From the NCBI GenBank assembly GCA_964106645.2, contig OZ067041.1: a stretch of 64,000 nt of DNA; one strand, 5' to 3'. This document shows positions 24,400 to 35,833 of this stretch, piece by piece; within the stretch, counting starts at the first letter, position 1, and each line of letters starts with the position of its first letter. The translations under genes were made by a program, and so were the position numbers. This stretch comes from Podarcis pityusensis (Eukaryota). The notes below the pieces were generated by a model. The model was not told where the DNA came from, ran no database searches, and saw only the letters and a program-made list of their open reading frames with translations.

Positions 24400-24668
24400 C
24401 TCCATTGTTCCTCATTCCAATGCCTGGTTCTCAGGGAAGTGGTTAAACCTGGGTCTGCGCTCTATCACTGTGGTGTCTCTCATGACTGGACCGCTCCTTC
24501 ATAATGAAACATGTTCTGCGCATAGAAGACCGTGTGTCATGGGGATGGGTTTTGTTTTGACATGCCCTACTGCGTTTTAAGCCTTTGTGAAGTGTCTTCA
24601 ACTTGAGATTTAAGGGAGGGGGTTGAAATTCCTGCTCCTCCCTCCCATCATCTGCCCCTTAAGTAATA

Positions 24669-24922
24669 CAGTGGTACCTCTGGTTGTGAACAGGATCCAT
24701 TTGAGAGGCCCGTTCGCAACAGGAAAAGAATGCAACCCGCAGCGGCGCGTCTGTGCATGCGCGGGTTGCGATTCGCCGCTTCTGCGCATGTGCGTGACGT
24801 CATTTTGTGCGTCTGCGCATGCGGCGAAACCCGGAAGTAACCCTTTCCGGTACTTCCGGGTCGCCGCAGGACGCAACCTGAAAAGACATAACATGAAGCA
24901 AACATAACATGAGGTATGACTG
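24669..24922. mobile_element. Tigger-like MITE, family B
   Basis: CAGTGGTACCTC / GAGGTATGACTG ends; GCGCATGCGC-rich core shared with 54096-54293. Confidence 0.8.
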
Positions 24923-24999
24923 CAGCTGAGTTTCATGGACATGCCCACTAGGGGGTGGGAGAAGGGTGTTCGGCACCCAAAAGGGGTGCAATTCCTGTG

Positions 25000-25091
25000 T
25001 GATTTAACTGTGATTCCTTGCAGGGGGTTGGATTAGAGGACCCCTGAGGTCTCTTCCAACTCTACAGTTCCATGATTCTGTGATTCTATGA
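25000..25091 (+). mobile_element. CR1-type 3' end fragment
   Basis: GCAGGGGGTTGGA..TGATTCTATGA. Confidence 0.75.
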
Positions 25092-25221
25092 ACTTTCAGT
25101 CATGTACATCCATGTCTCCTTGCTTCACCGTCCGAAGTGGTACAGGTCAGAGCCCCATTTGCCTTTTCTATGAAAACTAGCCCTCAATTTGGGAGGGTTG
25201 TGGGTAGTAGGAGAGGATATA

Positions 25222-25462
25222 CAGTGGTACCTCGGGTTAAGAACTTAATTCGTTCTGTAGGTCTGTTCTTAACCTGAAACTGTTCTTAACCTGAGGTACC
25301 ACTTTAGCTAATGGGGCCTCACGCTGCCGCTGCCCGCCGCCACACAATTTCTGTTCTCATCCTGAAGCAAAGTTCTTAACCCGAGGTACTATTTCTGGGT
25401 TAGCGGAGTCTGTAACCTGAAGCGACTGTAACCTGAAGTGTCTGTAACCTGAGGTACCACTG
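25222..25462. mobile_element. Tigger/pogo-like MITE, family A copy 5
   Basis: Same TIRs and body. Confidence 0.9.
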
Positions 25463-25611
25463 TTTTAACATTATCCTTCCTAACTCACGCTAGCAAGTTT
25501 CTTCATACAGCAGAGTGCATTCCTCTATTACACAGCCAGAAGCTGGTTGTAGACTCGTTAGAATCTCTTAAGGCAATAAGCAATTCAATCTGGCTTGCCC
25601 AGATTGGGATA

Positions 25612-26258
25612 TGTTCCTGGTAATACCGCTTGAATCCCTCCTAAAAGTATAAAGACACAACAGTCTTATTCAGGGTAGGCAACCTAAGGCCTGGGGGCCG
25701 GATGCGGCCCAATCACCTTCTCAATCCAGCCTGCAGACGGTCTGGGAATCAGCATGTTTTTACATGAGTAGAATGCGTGCTTTTATTTAAAATGCATCTC
25801 TGCGTTATTTGTGGGGCATAGGAATTTGTTCTTTTCCCCCTTCAAAATATAGTCCGGTCCCCCACATGGTCTGAGGGACAGTGGACCAGCCCACGGCTGA
25901 AAAAGGTTGCTGACCCTGGTCTTATTCATAAATAACAAAAAGAAGTTTACTCACGATCAGGTAGAGCAGAGTGTGATTCCTGAAGGCAGGCTTTGGGCTT
26001 AAAGTTACAAATATGTACAAATAGGTTTACCCCATATGGGAGATACCCCAGGGACTGCTGGCTGTGCAGCCCAGATGAAGCAGGAAGCACAAAAAAGAAA
26101 GAAAGAGAGAGGTGGCTACGTGACCTGGCCTTTTACCAGGTCTGGAAAGGTCACACCCACCTACTGGTCACATGCAAAGGAATGGTGCCCCAGCCAGGTG
26201 TAACAGGAAGTTCGACTGGCTGGACCAACATCCCCTGCATGTCCACTCTAGCAATACA
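25612..26258 (-). mobile_element. Probable solo LTR interrupted by a hAT MITE
   Basis: TG..CA ends; TATA-like GTAAAAG and polyA-like AGTAAA in the expected order on -; no clear TSD. Confidence 0.4.
25671..25918 (+). mobile_element. hAT-Charlie-like MITE
   Basis: TIRs CAGGGTAGGCAACCT / AGGTTGCTGACCCTG; perfect 8-bp TSD GTCTTATT. Confidence 0.92.
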
Positions 26259-27003
26259 GGTGATGTTGTACTTGACTGCTCCAGTGGATTACATCCTACA
26301 CTGAAGAAGTCATTACCCTTGTTTCTGAGGTAGTAAGAATTGCTTTGAGGCAACCAAGTTTTCTTTCTTTCTTTTAGTTGCAGAGGACTACCACAGATAT
26401 GGTTGGATAGGCTAGCTAATACATAAACCAGTGTGTATCGGGAGTGGTGCCAAGATGCCTTTGCACCACAGGGCAGCTCTCAGAGGGAGTTACTGGCCTG
26501 ATTTCTGTAGTGCCACCTAAGGAGGCCATTGCTGTTCACCAGATCAGAGAAAAGAACTGGGCCTTGGCTGGCCCAATATATTAGTTTCTGGTTTTGTTGT
26601 TAGCTCCACTCTTCTGCACTGCCACCTTTTGCAATCTCTCCCATACCTATTTGCCTCTACCCTATCTGATCACCGACCTGATCAGGGAGACATATTTCCT
26701 TCTGGCCCTTCCGCCCAGCTGCCTTCAGGCCTGACCTACCTCATTCAGGGTTCTCGTGATGATAACACGAGGGCCCTCTTATGTGTCTTGAGCGGCTTAG
26801 AGGTAGGCAGGACACAATGGTAATACGAAACTCTCTCATTTTGCCCAGAGGGGACTGGGCAGTGTGACGTTGGGGGCAAAGGATGAAGTCTACAGGATGG
26901 GAATTATACACATTAACAGCATAAAACACAGCATGGTCACATTTGCACATTGCTGTACACACTGAAGAGGAGGCAGAGATGTCTTCATACAAAGCAGTTT
27001 CAT

Positions 27004-27578
27004 TTTTTAAAAAAAAAAAATTATTAAAGTTTCAGCATATTAGAAAAATAAGAGAAAAAAGTAAGAGAAAAGAAAAAAAAGAAAGAAAACGAAAATACAA
27101 GGTAAAAAACAGTTAAAAACAAATCAGTCTTTCCATATCTTATCTTTCATTTGCTTGTTTCCCTGACCTCCTCACACCTCCCTTTTTTGTATTCCAGTTC
27201 GATTAGTTAATTCAGCAAATCCTTTCCCTCTTTAATTTTATCTTAATCTTTTATCTTAATATATTATAACTTTAGATTATCACCTGTTAACAATCCATTT
27301 TTACATATTCCTTTATAACATTGCTGCTAAAAACCACTTAACTTCAATCCAACATCATTCTAACATTCATTAATTTTACAGTATTTCTGTAGATGGTTTT
27401 TAAATTTCTTCCAATCTTCTTCCACCAACTCTTCTCCCTGGTCTCGGATTCCGCCAGTCATTTCCGCCAGTTCCATATAGTCCATCACCTTCATCTGCCA
27501 TTCTTCCAGAGTGGGTAAATCTTGTGTCTTCCAATACTTTGCAATAAGTATTCTTGCTGCTGTTGTAGCATACATAAA
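27004..27578 (-). mobile_element. L1-clade LINE 3' fragment
   Basis: FMYATTAARILIAKYWK..DWKKF ORF2 end, 3' UTR, 18-bp TSD CATACAAAGCAGTTTCAT. Confidence 0.9.
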
Positions 27579-27639
27579 CATACAAAGCAGTTTCATACCT
27601 CTTTGTTGAGCTTTTTTTGCAAAATTTCCAAAGGAGGAG

Positions 27640-27687
27640 GAGAAGAAGAAGAAGAAGAAGAAGAAGAAGAAGAAGAAGAAGAAGAAA
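27640..27687. repeat. (GAA)n microsatellite
   Basis: Direct read. Confidence 0.95.
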
Positions 27688-28632
27688 TTGTTTTTGAGCT
27701 AAAAAACTACACTTCCGACATGGGTTTTCCTGGACATTTCACTGTTTTGATGTTTTTTGGAAATTCCACCCAGACGCTATTTCCGACGGACAACTCCCAG
27801 ATATGTATCAGACATATGGCAGCCCTGCCTGTTCACACAACCCCTTGAACTATCTATGCATGTGCAGTCTCAAACATACACACCTCAACAACATGAATGT
27901 GGCTCACATTTTCATATCGAATAGAAGCTGGTTTGAGGGGGAAGCTCATTAAACAGCAATGTTTCCTTAAGAAACTGCGGGATGGATAGAGATTGTGGCT
28001 AATGCCATGTGTACAATGCTTTAAACGCTGAAGTGGGAGAGTGCTGAAGTCGGAGTGAACAGTCAGGTGGCAATGGATTTGCAGAGTTCAACAGGGCTGT
28101 GGATTACTGTCTTTTTAATTATAGGAACCTTTCGGAAAAGATGCCGCTGTGACTTGGAGAATAAGAAAGAAATGTGGAAAAGATAGGTACTCTGCTAAAA
28201 AGAACAGCAAAGACGTGATTGTAACTAAGTGATACCTTTTCCCCTTGCCCTTTGGTTCTTGGGGTTTCCATGGCAGCCCTGTGCATCTCTACATGACCTG
28301 TGAAAGTGCCTCTTGCTGGAGAGCAGCCAGTTTGACAAGAGCAAAGATAAGAAAGCCAGTTTTCAAATGGGCAGTGAGCTGAATATATCCCTCTCGATTT
28401 CTCTCTTTAGTTGTCCAGAATGACAAATATTCCACATATTCAGATTTTGTACGTCAGATCCGAAAATGAACAGTGTAGCTTGTTGTTTGAATTGATGTTC
28501 CTCTTTATTTAGATATTCTGTCAGTGACTCCCTCCAAGGTTTTATAAAAGTTGTTGTTCATTTTGCAAGTCTGCTGTTCTAGTTGGTCCTATGTGTTTGG
28601 CATTTATACATACATGTGTTCCAAAGTGTTTA

Positions 28633-28878
28633 CAGTGGTACCTTGGTTTACGAACTTAATCCGGAAGTCCGTTCTTAAACCAAAGCGTTCTTAAACCAAG
28701 GTATGCGTTCCCATAGCAGCGGGGGACTCAATTTACAAATGGAACACACTCAATAGGAAGCAGAACATGTTCTGTTCAAAGGCAAAGTTCACAAACCAAA
28801 ACACCTACTTCCGGGTTTGCAGCGTTCATAATCCAAGTTGTTCATAAACTAAGCTGTTCTTAAACCAAGGTACCACTG
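28633..28878. mobile_element. Tigger-like MITE, family C
   Basis: Perfect TIR CAGTGGTACCTTGGTTTA / TAAACCAAGGTACCACTG, TA TSD. Confidence 0.9.
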
Positions 28879-28882
28879 TAAT

Positions 28883-29090
28883 GATGTGGGTGGCACTTGG
28901 TCTAAACTACTGAGTCTCTTGGACTTGCCAATTGGAGGGTCGGCAGTTTGAATCCCTGCGACGGGGTGAGCTCCCATTGCTCTGTCCCAGCTTCTGCCAA
29001 CCTAGCAGTTTGAAAGCACGTCAAAGTGCAAGTAGATAAATAGGTACTGCTGTGGCGGGAAGGTAAACAGTGTTTCCGTGCACTCTGGTT
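28883..29090 (+). mobile_element. Sauria SINE, 5' half
   Basis: Head and central domain match other copies; tail absent. Confidence 0.85.
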
Positions 29091-29119
29091 TCAGTCTGGT
29101 TTTTTAAGACTGAAACAGC

Positions 29120-29200
29120 CAAGGCTGAAATCCTAACTTGCGAGTAAGCCCCATTGAATTCAGTAGGGTTTAGTTCTGAGTAGACACGGTTGTGCTGTGA
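29120..29200. repeat. Short palindromic sauropsid repeat; related copies at ~15600-15685, ~23430-23500 and ~58783-58870
   Basis: Core GAGTAAGCCCCATTGAA-TTCA(A/G)T(G/A)GG within imperfect inverted arms, seen four times. Confidence 0.65.
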
Positions 29201-31439
29201 GATCTTCCTCACTTCTTCTGTGAACTGGTAAATCACAATGTCTAAGATGTGTGGACATGAAAACTGCATTAGCCTGCCCTTCTGCCAATAAACTACCTCG
29301 TGCATTGTGCCTTCAGGCACACCTCTCTCTGTAAGTCAGTCTGATTATTATCGGAGCAGTCTCTTATTAGTTGGGTCAGCATTTCAGCCTTAAAAACCCC
29401 CAACAAAAAAAGGTGCTTTTCTGCAGAGTTTTATGGACCTGCAAAATTCTTATGAGCTATTTATTATTATTATTTACTTGCTAGCTGCTTGTTAAACAAA
29501 GGTCTAAACAAAGGTGAAAAAACCAACAGAGATGCTTATGGAGCTGTGTGTTATGGAGCTATGAGGTACCTACTGAAAAACAAAAGTCTCTTCTCAGCTA
29601 GAATACTCTCTGTAAAATCCAGGGCATCTTGGAGGCAGGCAGCTGAGTCCTATGAACTGGTTTGAGGTGCCCTAGCACAAGCCGTCAATGTGCTGAAATG
29701 CACATAACACGCACAAAGGTGTGGGGTTGCCGGTGTCAGTGACCCCTTCTCCCTGCTCTCGTATACAAAGAGACAACTTGGGGCAGCCTGCTACCCAAAG
29801 TGACAAAACCATTAGTTGGTTGTATAAGGCATCTCCCCTGTCCTTCTCTCTCCCTTGCCTATTTTTGAAAAACAGTTTAGGTCGGGCCACAGGTTTTAAG
29901 AAACATGAGGTCACTGCTGAAAGCAGCATGCCTGGATCAGGTCCTCTTCAGCAACGTGCAGTACACCTCAACCCATGTCCAATTCCTGATATGGCTGGAA
30001 TTAAGCTGACTCAACTGTGACACACACCCCCTCCCAATTTCCAGTGCACAGAACCACAATGCAACACCATGCTGTTTTTGGCTTGGCTAATAAAATGCTC
30101 TTTGAATGGTGTTAAATGCTACCATTCTCTCTTTGTCCGTGCCCTGCATGCTTTTTAAAAGCTTCCTGCATGCTTGTGCTAGGGATGTGCAGAACTACTG
30201 GCATCAACCCCATGTGTGTGGATTAGGTCTTGCCTCTGAACATGTGCAGAGTGCCTCTCAAATGGTGCAGAAACGAAAGTGGGAGAGAGGCATGGAAGTG
30301 GGTTGGGAGTGTCCAGCTTCAGCGCGTGATGAACACCTTACGTTTTCATGTATATAGGAAGATAATTGGGTGGAAGAGGAGATTTATTATTAATTATTAG
30401 ATTTGTTGCCTGCCCTTATAACATCACCAGCGTTTAGGGTGCATTCTGTTGTGATCACCTTCAGAACAGTGATACCTCCAGCAATTTGTTTGTTTAATGC
30501 ACTGCTTGGTTGTTGTTTTTAAAAAAACAAAAACCTCAAAGTGGTTTACAAAAAGATAAAACTATAAAATCGAGGGGGGAAACCAAAACCCTACTTCTCA
30601 GGCCTATCAGGCTTCATTTAGGATGGGAAGGGGCAAATCATAAAATCATAGCGCCTTCTTGCATTTCTAACTTCAATGGATTTAAACAATTATAAAACCG
30701 AATATGAGAAATTTCAGTGAATTCAGATTCATGATTTATTATGCCTAGATGAGGTCTTATTTCAAGTGGGCATCTCTGAAGATCAATAAACCTCTTCCCA
30801 TGGTTTTAGATAACAGAAAGTCATCCCATAGTTTTAGGTAATGGAAATACAGTTATAAATCAATCAGCCTCACTTTTGGGGTTTCATGCTGGTACATGAT
30901 ACATTTCTTTCATATGTGTGTGGAGTGGCACTTGCTAAGTTCATATAAACTTCTGTCCTTAAACTTCTGTACTAGCAACCAGCCGGTCTCCTCATCAGCC
31001 TTTGTTGCTTCACACACACCCAAAAACTGGCCTGCTTGCTCATGAGTATTTCTTCTACTCTTGATGGGTACAAACTGCACATCCACAAAGAATATCAGAA
31101 CAAAGAGGAAGGAAAAGGGAGGACAACTTTTCCTGCTTCTATATAATAATAAAAATTACCTGGTTGGAATCAAGTGCCTTCTGTTAAACTTTCCTATAGC
31201 CACTGTTGAATTATTGTTGTTGATTCATACGATCCACAAGGAGTGATTAGTTGATTGACTTTGGATGCTGCTAATTATATTATTGCTGAGTTTGTACTTG
31301 CTATGAATATGGTTCTAGGATTTGTTTTATTGTACATTATCGACTTGCTTCTAACTATGTATTTTGAAGATGTTAGCTGCCTCCAAGTCTCATAGTGGGC
31401 CAAAAATCAGATATAAGTGGAGATATTCCAGGTGGCTGA

Positions 31440-33260
31440 TCCATTCTGTAACTGGGTTCAATGGGTTGTTCCAGGTGTTGAATCTGAGGGACAGAAGACG
31501 GATGCTGCTGGTGCAACACCTGCTGTGCTGCTCAGCAGGCTTCCTGATGACCAAGCTGGTGGAGATTGTCTCAAACGTAGTGTTGGAGGCTCCCTCCAGT
31601 ATGGTTTTGAGAGACTTCAATATTCACACTGAAGCTGCCTCCTGTGTACCAGCTTGGGACTTCATGGCCTCCATCACAACCATGGTGCTCTTTCAGTTCA
31701 ACATAGGTTCAAGATAAGTGACTGGGCATACCTTCAATCTGGTTTTTGCCATGGAGCACTGTGCTGGTCCCATGGGTTACCCAAGAGGCAAGGTCCAAGT
31801 CCGGTCCGTGGTCAAAGGTGCAACGTGGAGGCAGTCCATAGTAGCTGAAGCTGGGTGCAGGGCAGGGAGTCAGGTGAAGTCAGATCAGGCATGCAAGCAG
31901 GGAGCCAAGACGGGTCATGAGCTCAGGCAGAAAAGCAGGACAGGGTTCAGGCAGGAACTAGCAACCAACGATGTTGCTCCTGCAACTTGGGACTGGGGCT
32001 GGCTGGCTTTTATCTGCCCCAAGGCATAGGGCGGCCCCAATCCTCTGGTGACTTGCCTCTCCTGGCCTGGAGGCGAGCACTCCTGCAGGAACTTAGTTCC
32101 CTCCGCCTCTCTGCCCTGAGCCTCTGCAGCTTAGAAGAGGCTGGAGGGTTACCGGACCCAGAGGCAACCTCACCTTCCTCTGATGGGGCTGGGAGTGGAG
32201 CACCTGCAGGCAATGGGTCCTCCATCACCTCAGGAGCCAGAGCAGACTCAGCTGGTGCCTGCACCTGAGGATCCAGCACAGGTGAGTACCCTTCAGGCTC
32301 ATGCCCCTAGCCCCGGCTCAGGTGGTTCTGGAGGCGGGGAATCCTGTGCAGGCTGGGATCCCTCAGGTTCAGCATCCGAGTCTGAATCCCAGGCCATCAC
32401 AAGCATGCCAGTGGGCATCCATTGATGGAGAGGGGCTTGTGGCATGCCTGTTGTCTTGGGCAGATCATCTTCTGGTGAGATTTGGACTGATAGTGGCTGT
32501 ATCTCCCTGTGGAGATGGTCAATTCATTGAGTTGGTATGTTCTTGGACACATGGAAGCCAATGGATTCTTGAATGTTCTGGGTGATTGTGTTATTGTTGG
32601 CATGGCTTGTGCTTCAATTGAGACTCTCTTCTCCCTTTGGAATTGTGAACTAGGCAGATCCATTGGCTTGAATGCACCCAACTGCCTTTCCCAATGCTGT
32701 GGAGACCACAGAGCTCCCTGTTTTCCAAGGAATGATGACCAATGAAGCAGGAAGGCTGGAATCCCGATGTGAATCTGACCAGATACAAGAAAGAACACAT
32801 TATCATGCTACCATGAGGCAGTAACCAAGATGAAATAATTCTCTGCCACCATCCCACCCTCTAAGAGCCATCCAGCAGATCTTTTGTATGTGGGAAATGG
32901 TCCAGTAATATCTGGCCAGAGATAAAGATACCATCAGATGTCTACTGTGACAAAGTTGCAAGGTACTTCAAGTCTAAAAACACACAGATTAACATGGAAT
33001 TGGATGCCACAGTTAGAGAGTCCTGGGGAAATGTCCAGAGCACTATCTGGTCTGGTCTATTTTTGATCAGTTTCAACTGCTGCCATTCAACGTGAACAAG
33101 CTGCCTGAAGGAGTTTGGGCAAACATGTTCTTTTGACCTTTGCCCATCATGGCTTGTAAAAGCAAGCTGGAGGGGTGTGGCTGGGCGGGTCCAGGAAGTG
33201 GTAAATGTCTTGTTGTGCTGGTGATGACTTAAGGAGGTGGTGCACACCTCCTTGGACATA
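31440..33260 (+). mobile_element. Ancient L2 LINE ORF2 fragment (endonuclease end and linker) interrupted by a solo LTR
   Basis: Decayed motifs across frames: VLxDFNIH, DFMASxTTM, GHTxxLVF, LSWxDHxLVRF, DQFQL, CPSWLVKA. Confidence 0.75.
31760..32401 (-). mobile_element. Solo LTR (Gypsy-like), 642 bp
   Basis: TGTGATGG..CCAGCACA on -; 5-bp TSD AGCAC/AGCAT; TATA-like GATAAAAG at ~32007-32014; splits an L2 fragment. Confidence 0.82.
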
Positions 33261-34129
33261 GATGTGTTAACCACTATCTCTCATTCAACATTGCTTCCTG
33301 TAAACATGCTCCAATTACAGATTTTCTTGTAGGAAACTGATTATCTGGACCTATTTGAATCCAGTTTCAGGCCCTGACATGGTGCTTAAACTGCCTTGGC
33401 TGCCCTGGTTGGTGACCTTTGTCAAAGTAGAACCTTGTTGGTTCTTCTTGACCTCTCGGTGACCTTTGATACCAGTGACCACTGCATCCTCCTAGAGTGG
33501 CTTTGGGGGTTGGGTGCTGGGGGCACCATGTCACACCAATCCCATTCCTACCTCTAAGCCTGATTTCAGAAAGCAATGGGGGGGGAACTATTGCTCAGTG
33601 CCTTGGGAGCTGATTTTTGGGGTTCCCCAGGTGTCAAACTTTAACTTATATACAAAACCACTGGGACATGGGTGGAAGCAGACATGGTGCTAAGGTGATT
33701 GCTGTAGCAGCACAAGCCTTTCCACTTGCCAGATGAACCCAATTCCTCTCTCCTTCTCACATATGCTGTTCTGAGGGTTCTTTCAACACTCCCAAGCAGA
33801 TTTGGGGAGCATGCAGGATAGCATGTGGGTGGGGGAAAGGGGAGGAAAGTCCTGATGCACTAGTAGGACTTGCTGTGCTGGCTTCTGCAAGAGCACCAAC
33901 TTAGTTGAATCTGCCCATATAACTCCATCCAGTACTCATTTTATGTGTGAATGGGAAAAGTATCTGAACCACCTCTTGGGTCTTGAGGACCCACCCCAAA
34001 AAGAAAAGAGAAATACCACTCCTGAGAATGTTTATATTTATGGTCACTACTAGCCAGAATTTTGTCCTGCAGTGAAACCACTGGAGATGTAGCCTTCAAT
34101 ATGTTTATACTTGGTATAAGCAACCCTTG

Positions 34130-34295
34130 GTCGGGAGAGCATGAGACTCTTAATCTCAGGGTTGTGGATTGGAGCCTCAAACTGAGTGGGTCTCAATTTG
34201 AGCCCCATGTAGAGTGAAAGATTCCTGCATTGTGAGGGGTTGGACTAGATGACCGCTGTGGTCCTTTCTAACTCTACAGTTCTATGATTCTATGA
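34130..34295 (+). mobile_element. tRNA-Lys(CTT)-derived SINE with CR1 3' tail
   Basis: GTCGGGAGAGCATGAGACTCTTAATCTCAGGGTTGTGG matches vertebrate tRNA-Lys-CTT; followed by GGGGTTGGACTAGATGACC..TTCTATGATTCTATGA. Confidence 0.85.
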
Positions 34296-35215
34296 GACAT
34301 TCAGATCAATCCACTTTTTAATATTAACCTTCCTAATTCACAATTCTTGAAACAATATGCAAACTGAAAAGCAGCTGTCCTTCAACATTCACTTATCCAA
34401 ATTTTGTGACATAGTTCTCCAACTTAAAAAAAGTGCAAAAATGCATATATTGCTGCAAATAGCATACAAAATGCATTATATTAGGGGAAAATATCTTTTA
34501 AAATGTGCATATTGTGGAAAATTGCATACAACAATTGTATATTAGAAGAAACGTGTGCTGAAATCCTGACACATTTTCATGAAGACTTAAAAAAATTCAC
34601 AAACTGTGGTGGAAATGTGTGAACTTGAACTTGACTGAAAAATGAGAAACTGAAATTGCTGCATTTGACCATCGCTAGTATATAGTGTAACCTCATAAGA
34701 CCTTAGTTATCCAAATCTGTGTATGATCAGAAATGTGTGTCTCTTCTGAAGCTCCCTCCATGTCACAGGAACTCTAAGTCAACAGCATTTATCTAAGCTT
34801 CTGATTGTCCAAATATGTTGACATTTCCCAGTGGCTCTGTATCAAAGTAACTCCTGGGACTGCTTGTGCCTCATGAGAAAGCAGTAATAGCATATGTACA
34901 AATGACCTTCAACTCTTTTCCCACCCTCCCAAGGTTCAGACAGAATGGGGGGGGGGGACCTACACATCTCTCTGGTAGTGAAACACTAAAGCTCATCTGC
35001 AAAAAAAAGAGTATGTGGTTGTCCCCTAAGAGAAAATGTACAGAGATTTCCCCTTTGCGAGACACCTCAAATTGGGGAGGCAACGTGCAGGTCATTTGTT
35101 CCATCTTCTGTTGCCACTTTTTTGCAATGTGCAATGAATCCTTAAGGCCTTTTCTGGGTAAGGCTTCTTGGAGTATCAGACATGCTGGTCCCTGATATTC
35201 CAAATGCCACTATAG

Positions 35216-35833
35216 TAGGGTTACCAGACGTCCCCAGATTTGCACATCTGTCCCTGGACAAATTCCATCCCCAGAATGTCCCCAGATTTGCAAATCTGTC
35301 CCCGGGAAATGTGGCAGCGGCAGCCTCAGCAGCCTGAAGCCAGCCTGGTAGCGCACTTGGCTCTGGCTGGCTTCAGGAGCTGCTCGCTGCCATGGCGTCC
35401 GCCATTTTGCCTCACCAGAAGTCCCCATGTCTTGTGTGCAACACATCATATGGGGACTTCCGGAGAGGAAAAATGGTGGGCACCTTGGCAGCGAGCAGCT
35501 CCTGAAGCCAGCCAGAGCCAACTGCGCTACCAGGCTGGCTCCGGGCTGCCGACTGCCGCTGCCAAAGGGAAACTGGGGATGTCCGGCGGTACAGATCTCC
35601 TGCCCCCTGCCCCCTTTGTTTTGACCGATTTGGGGAGGCTTGGGAGTCACGGGTGCCACGCCGTTGCCCAGTTTTTAAAAAACTCTGCACATTTATGTTT
35701 CACAGGGTGCGAAAGAAGGGCTTTGCACCTTTATACAATCTGCATATGTGCTTGGGCCCAGACTCCCTGTTGCTACTCAGTTTAAAAAAAAAGGGGGGGT
35801 CCCGGATTCATTGAAAAAAATCTGGTAACCATA
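35216..35833. mobile_element. hAT-like non-autonomous element with a long internal inverted repeat
   Basis: TIR TAGGGTTACCAGA / TCTGGTAACCATA, subterminal GTCCCCAGATTTGCA repeats; TSD not evident. Confidence 0.75.

Noticed and set aside
26326-26337. TGAGGTAGTAAG, matching the let-7/miR-98 5' end
   Set aside because: Only 12 nt match and no complementary 3' arm
34130-34200. tRNA-Lys gene
   Set aside because: 5' acceptor stem missing, T-arm disrupted, fused to a CR1 tail, so it is a SINE
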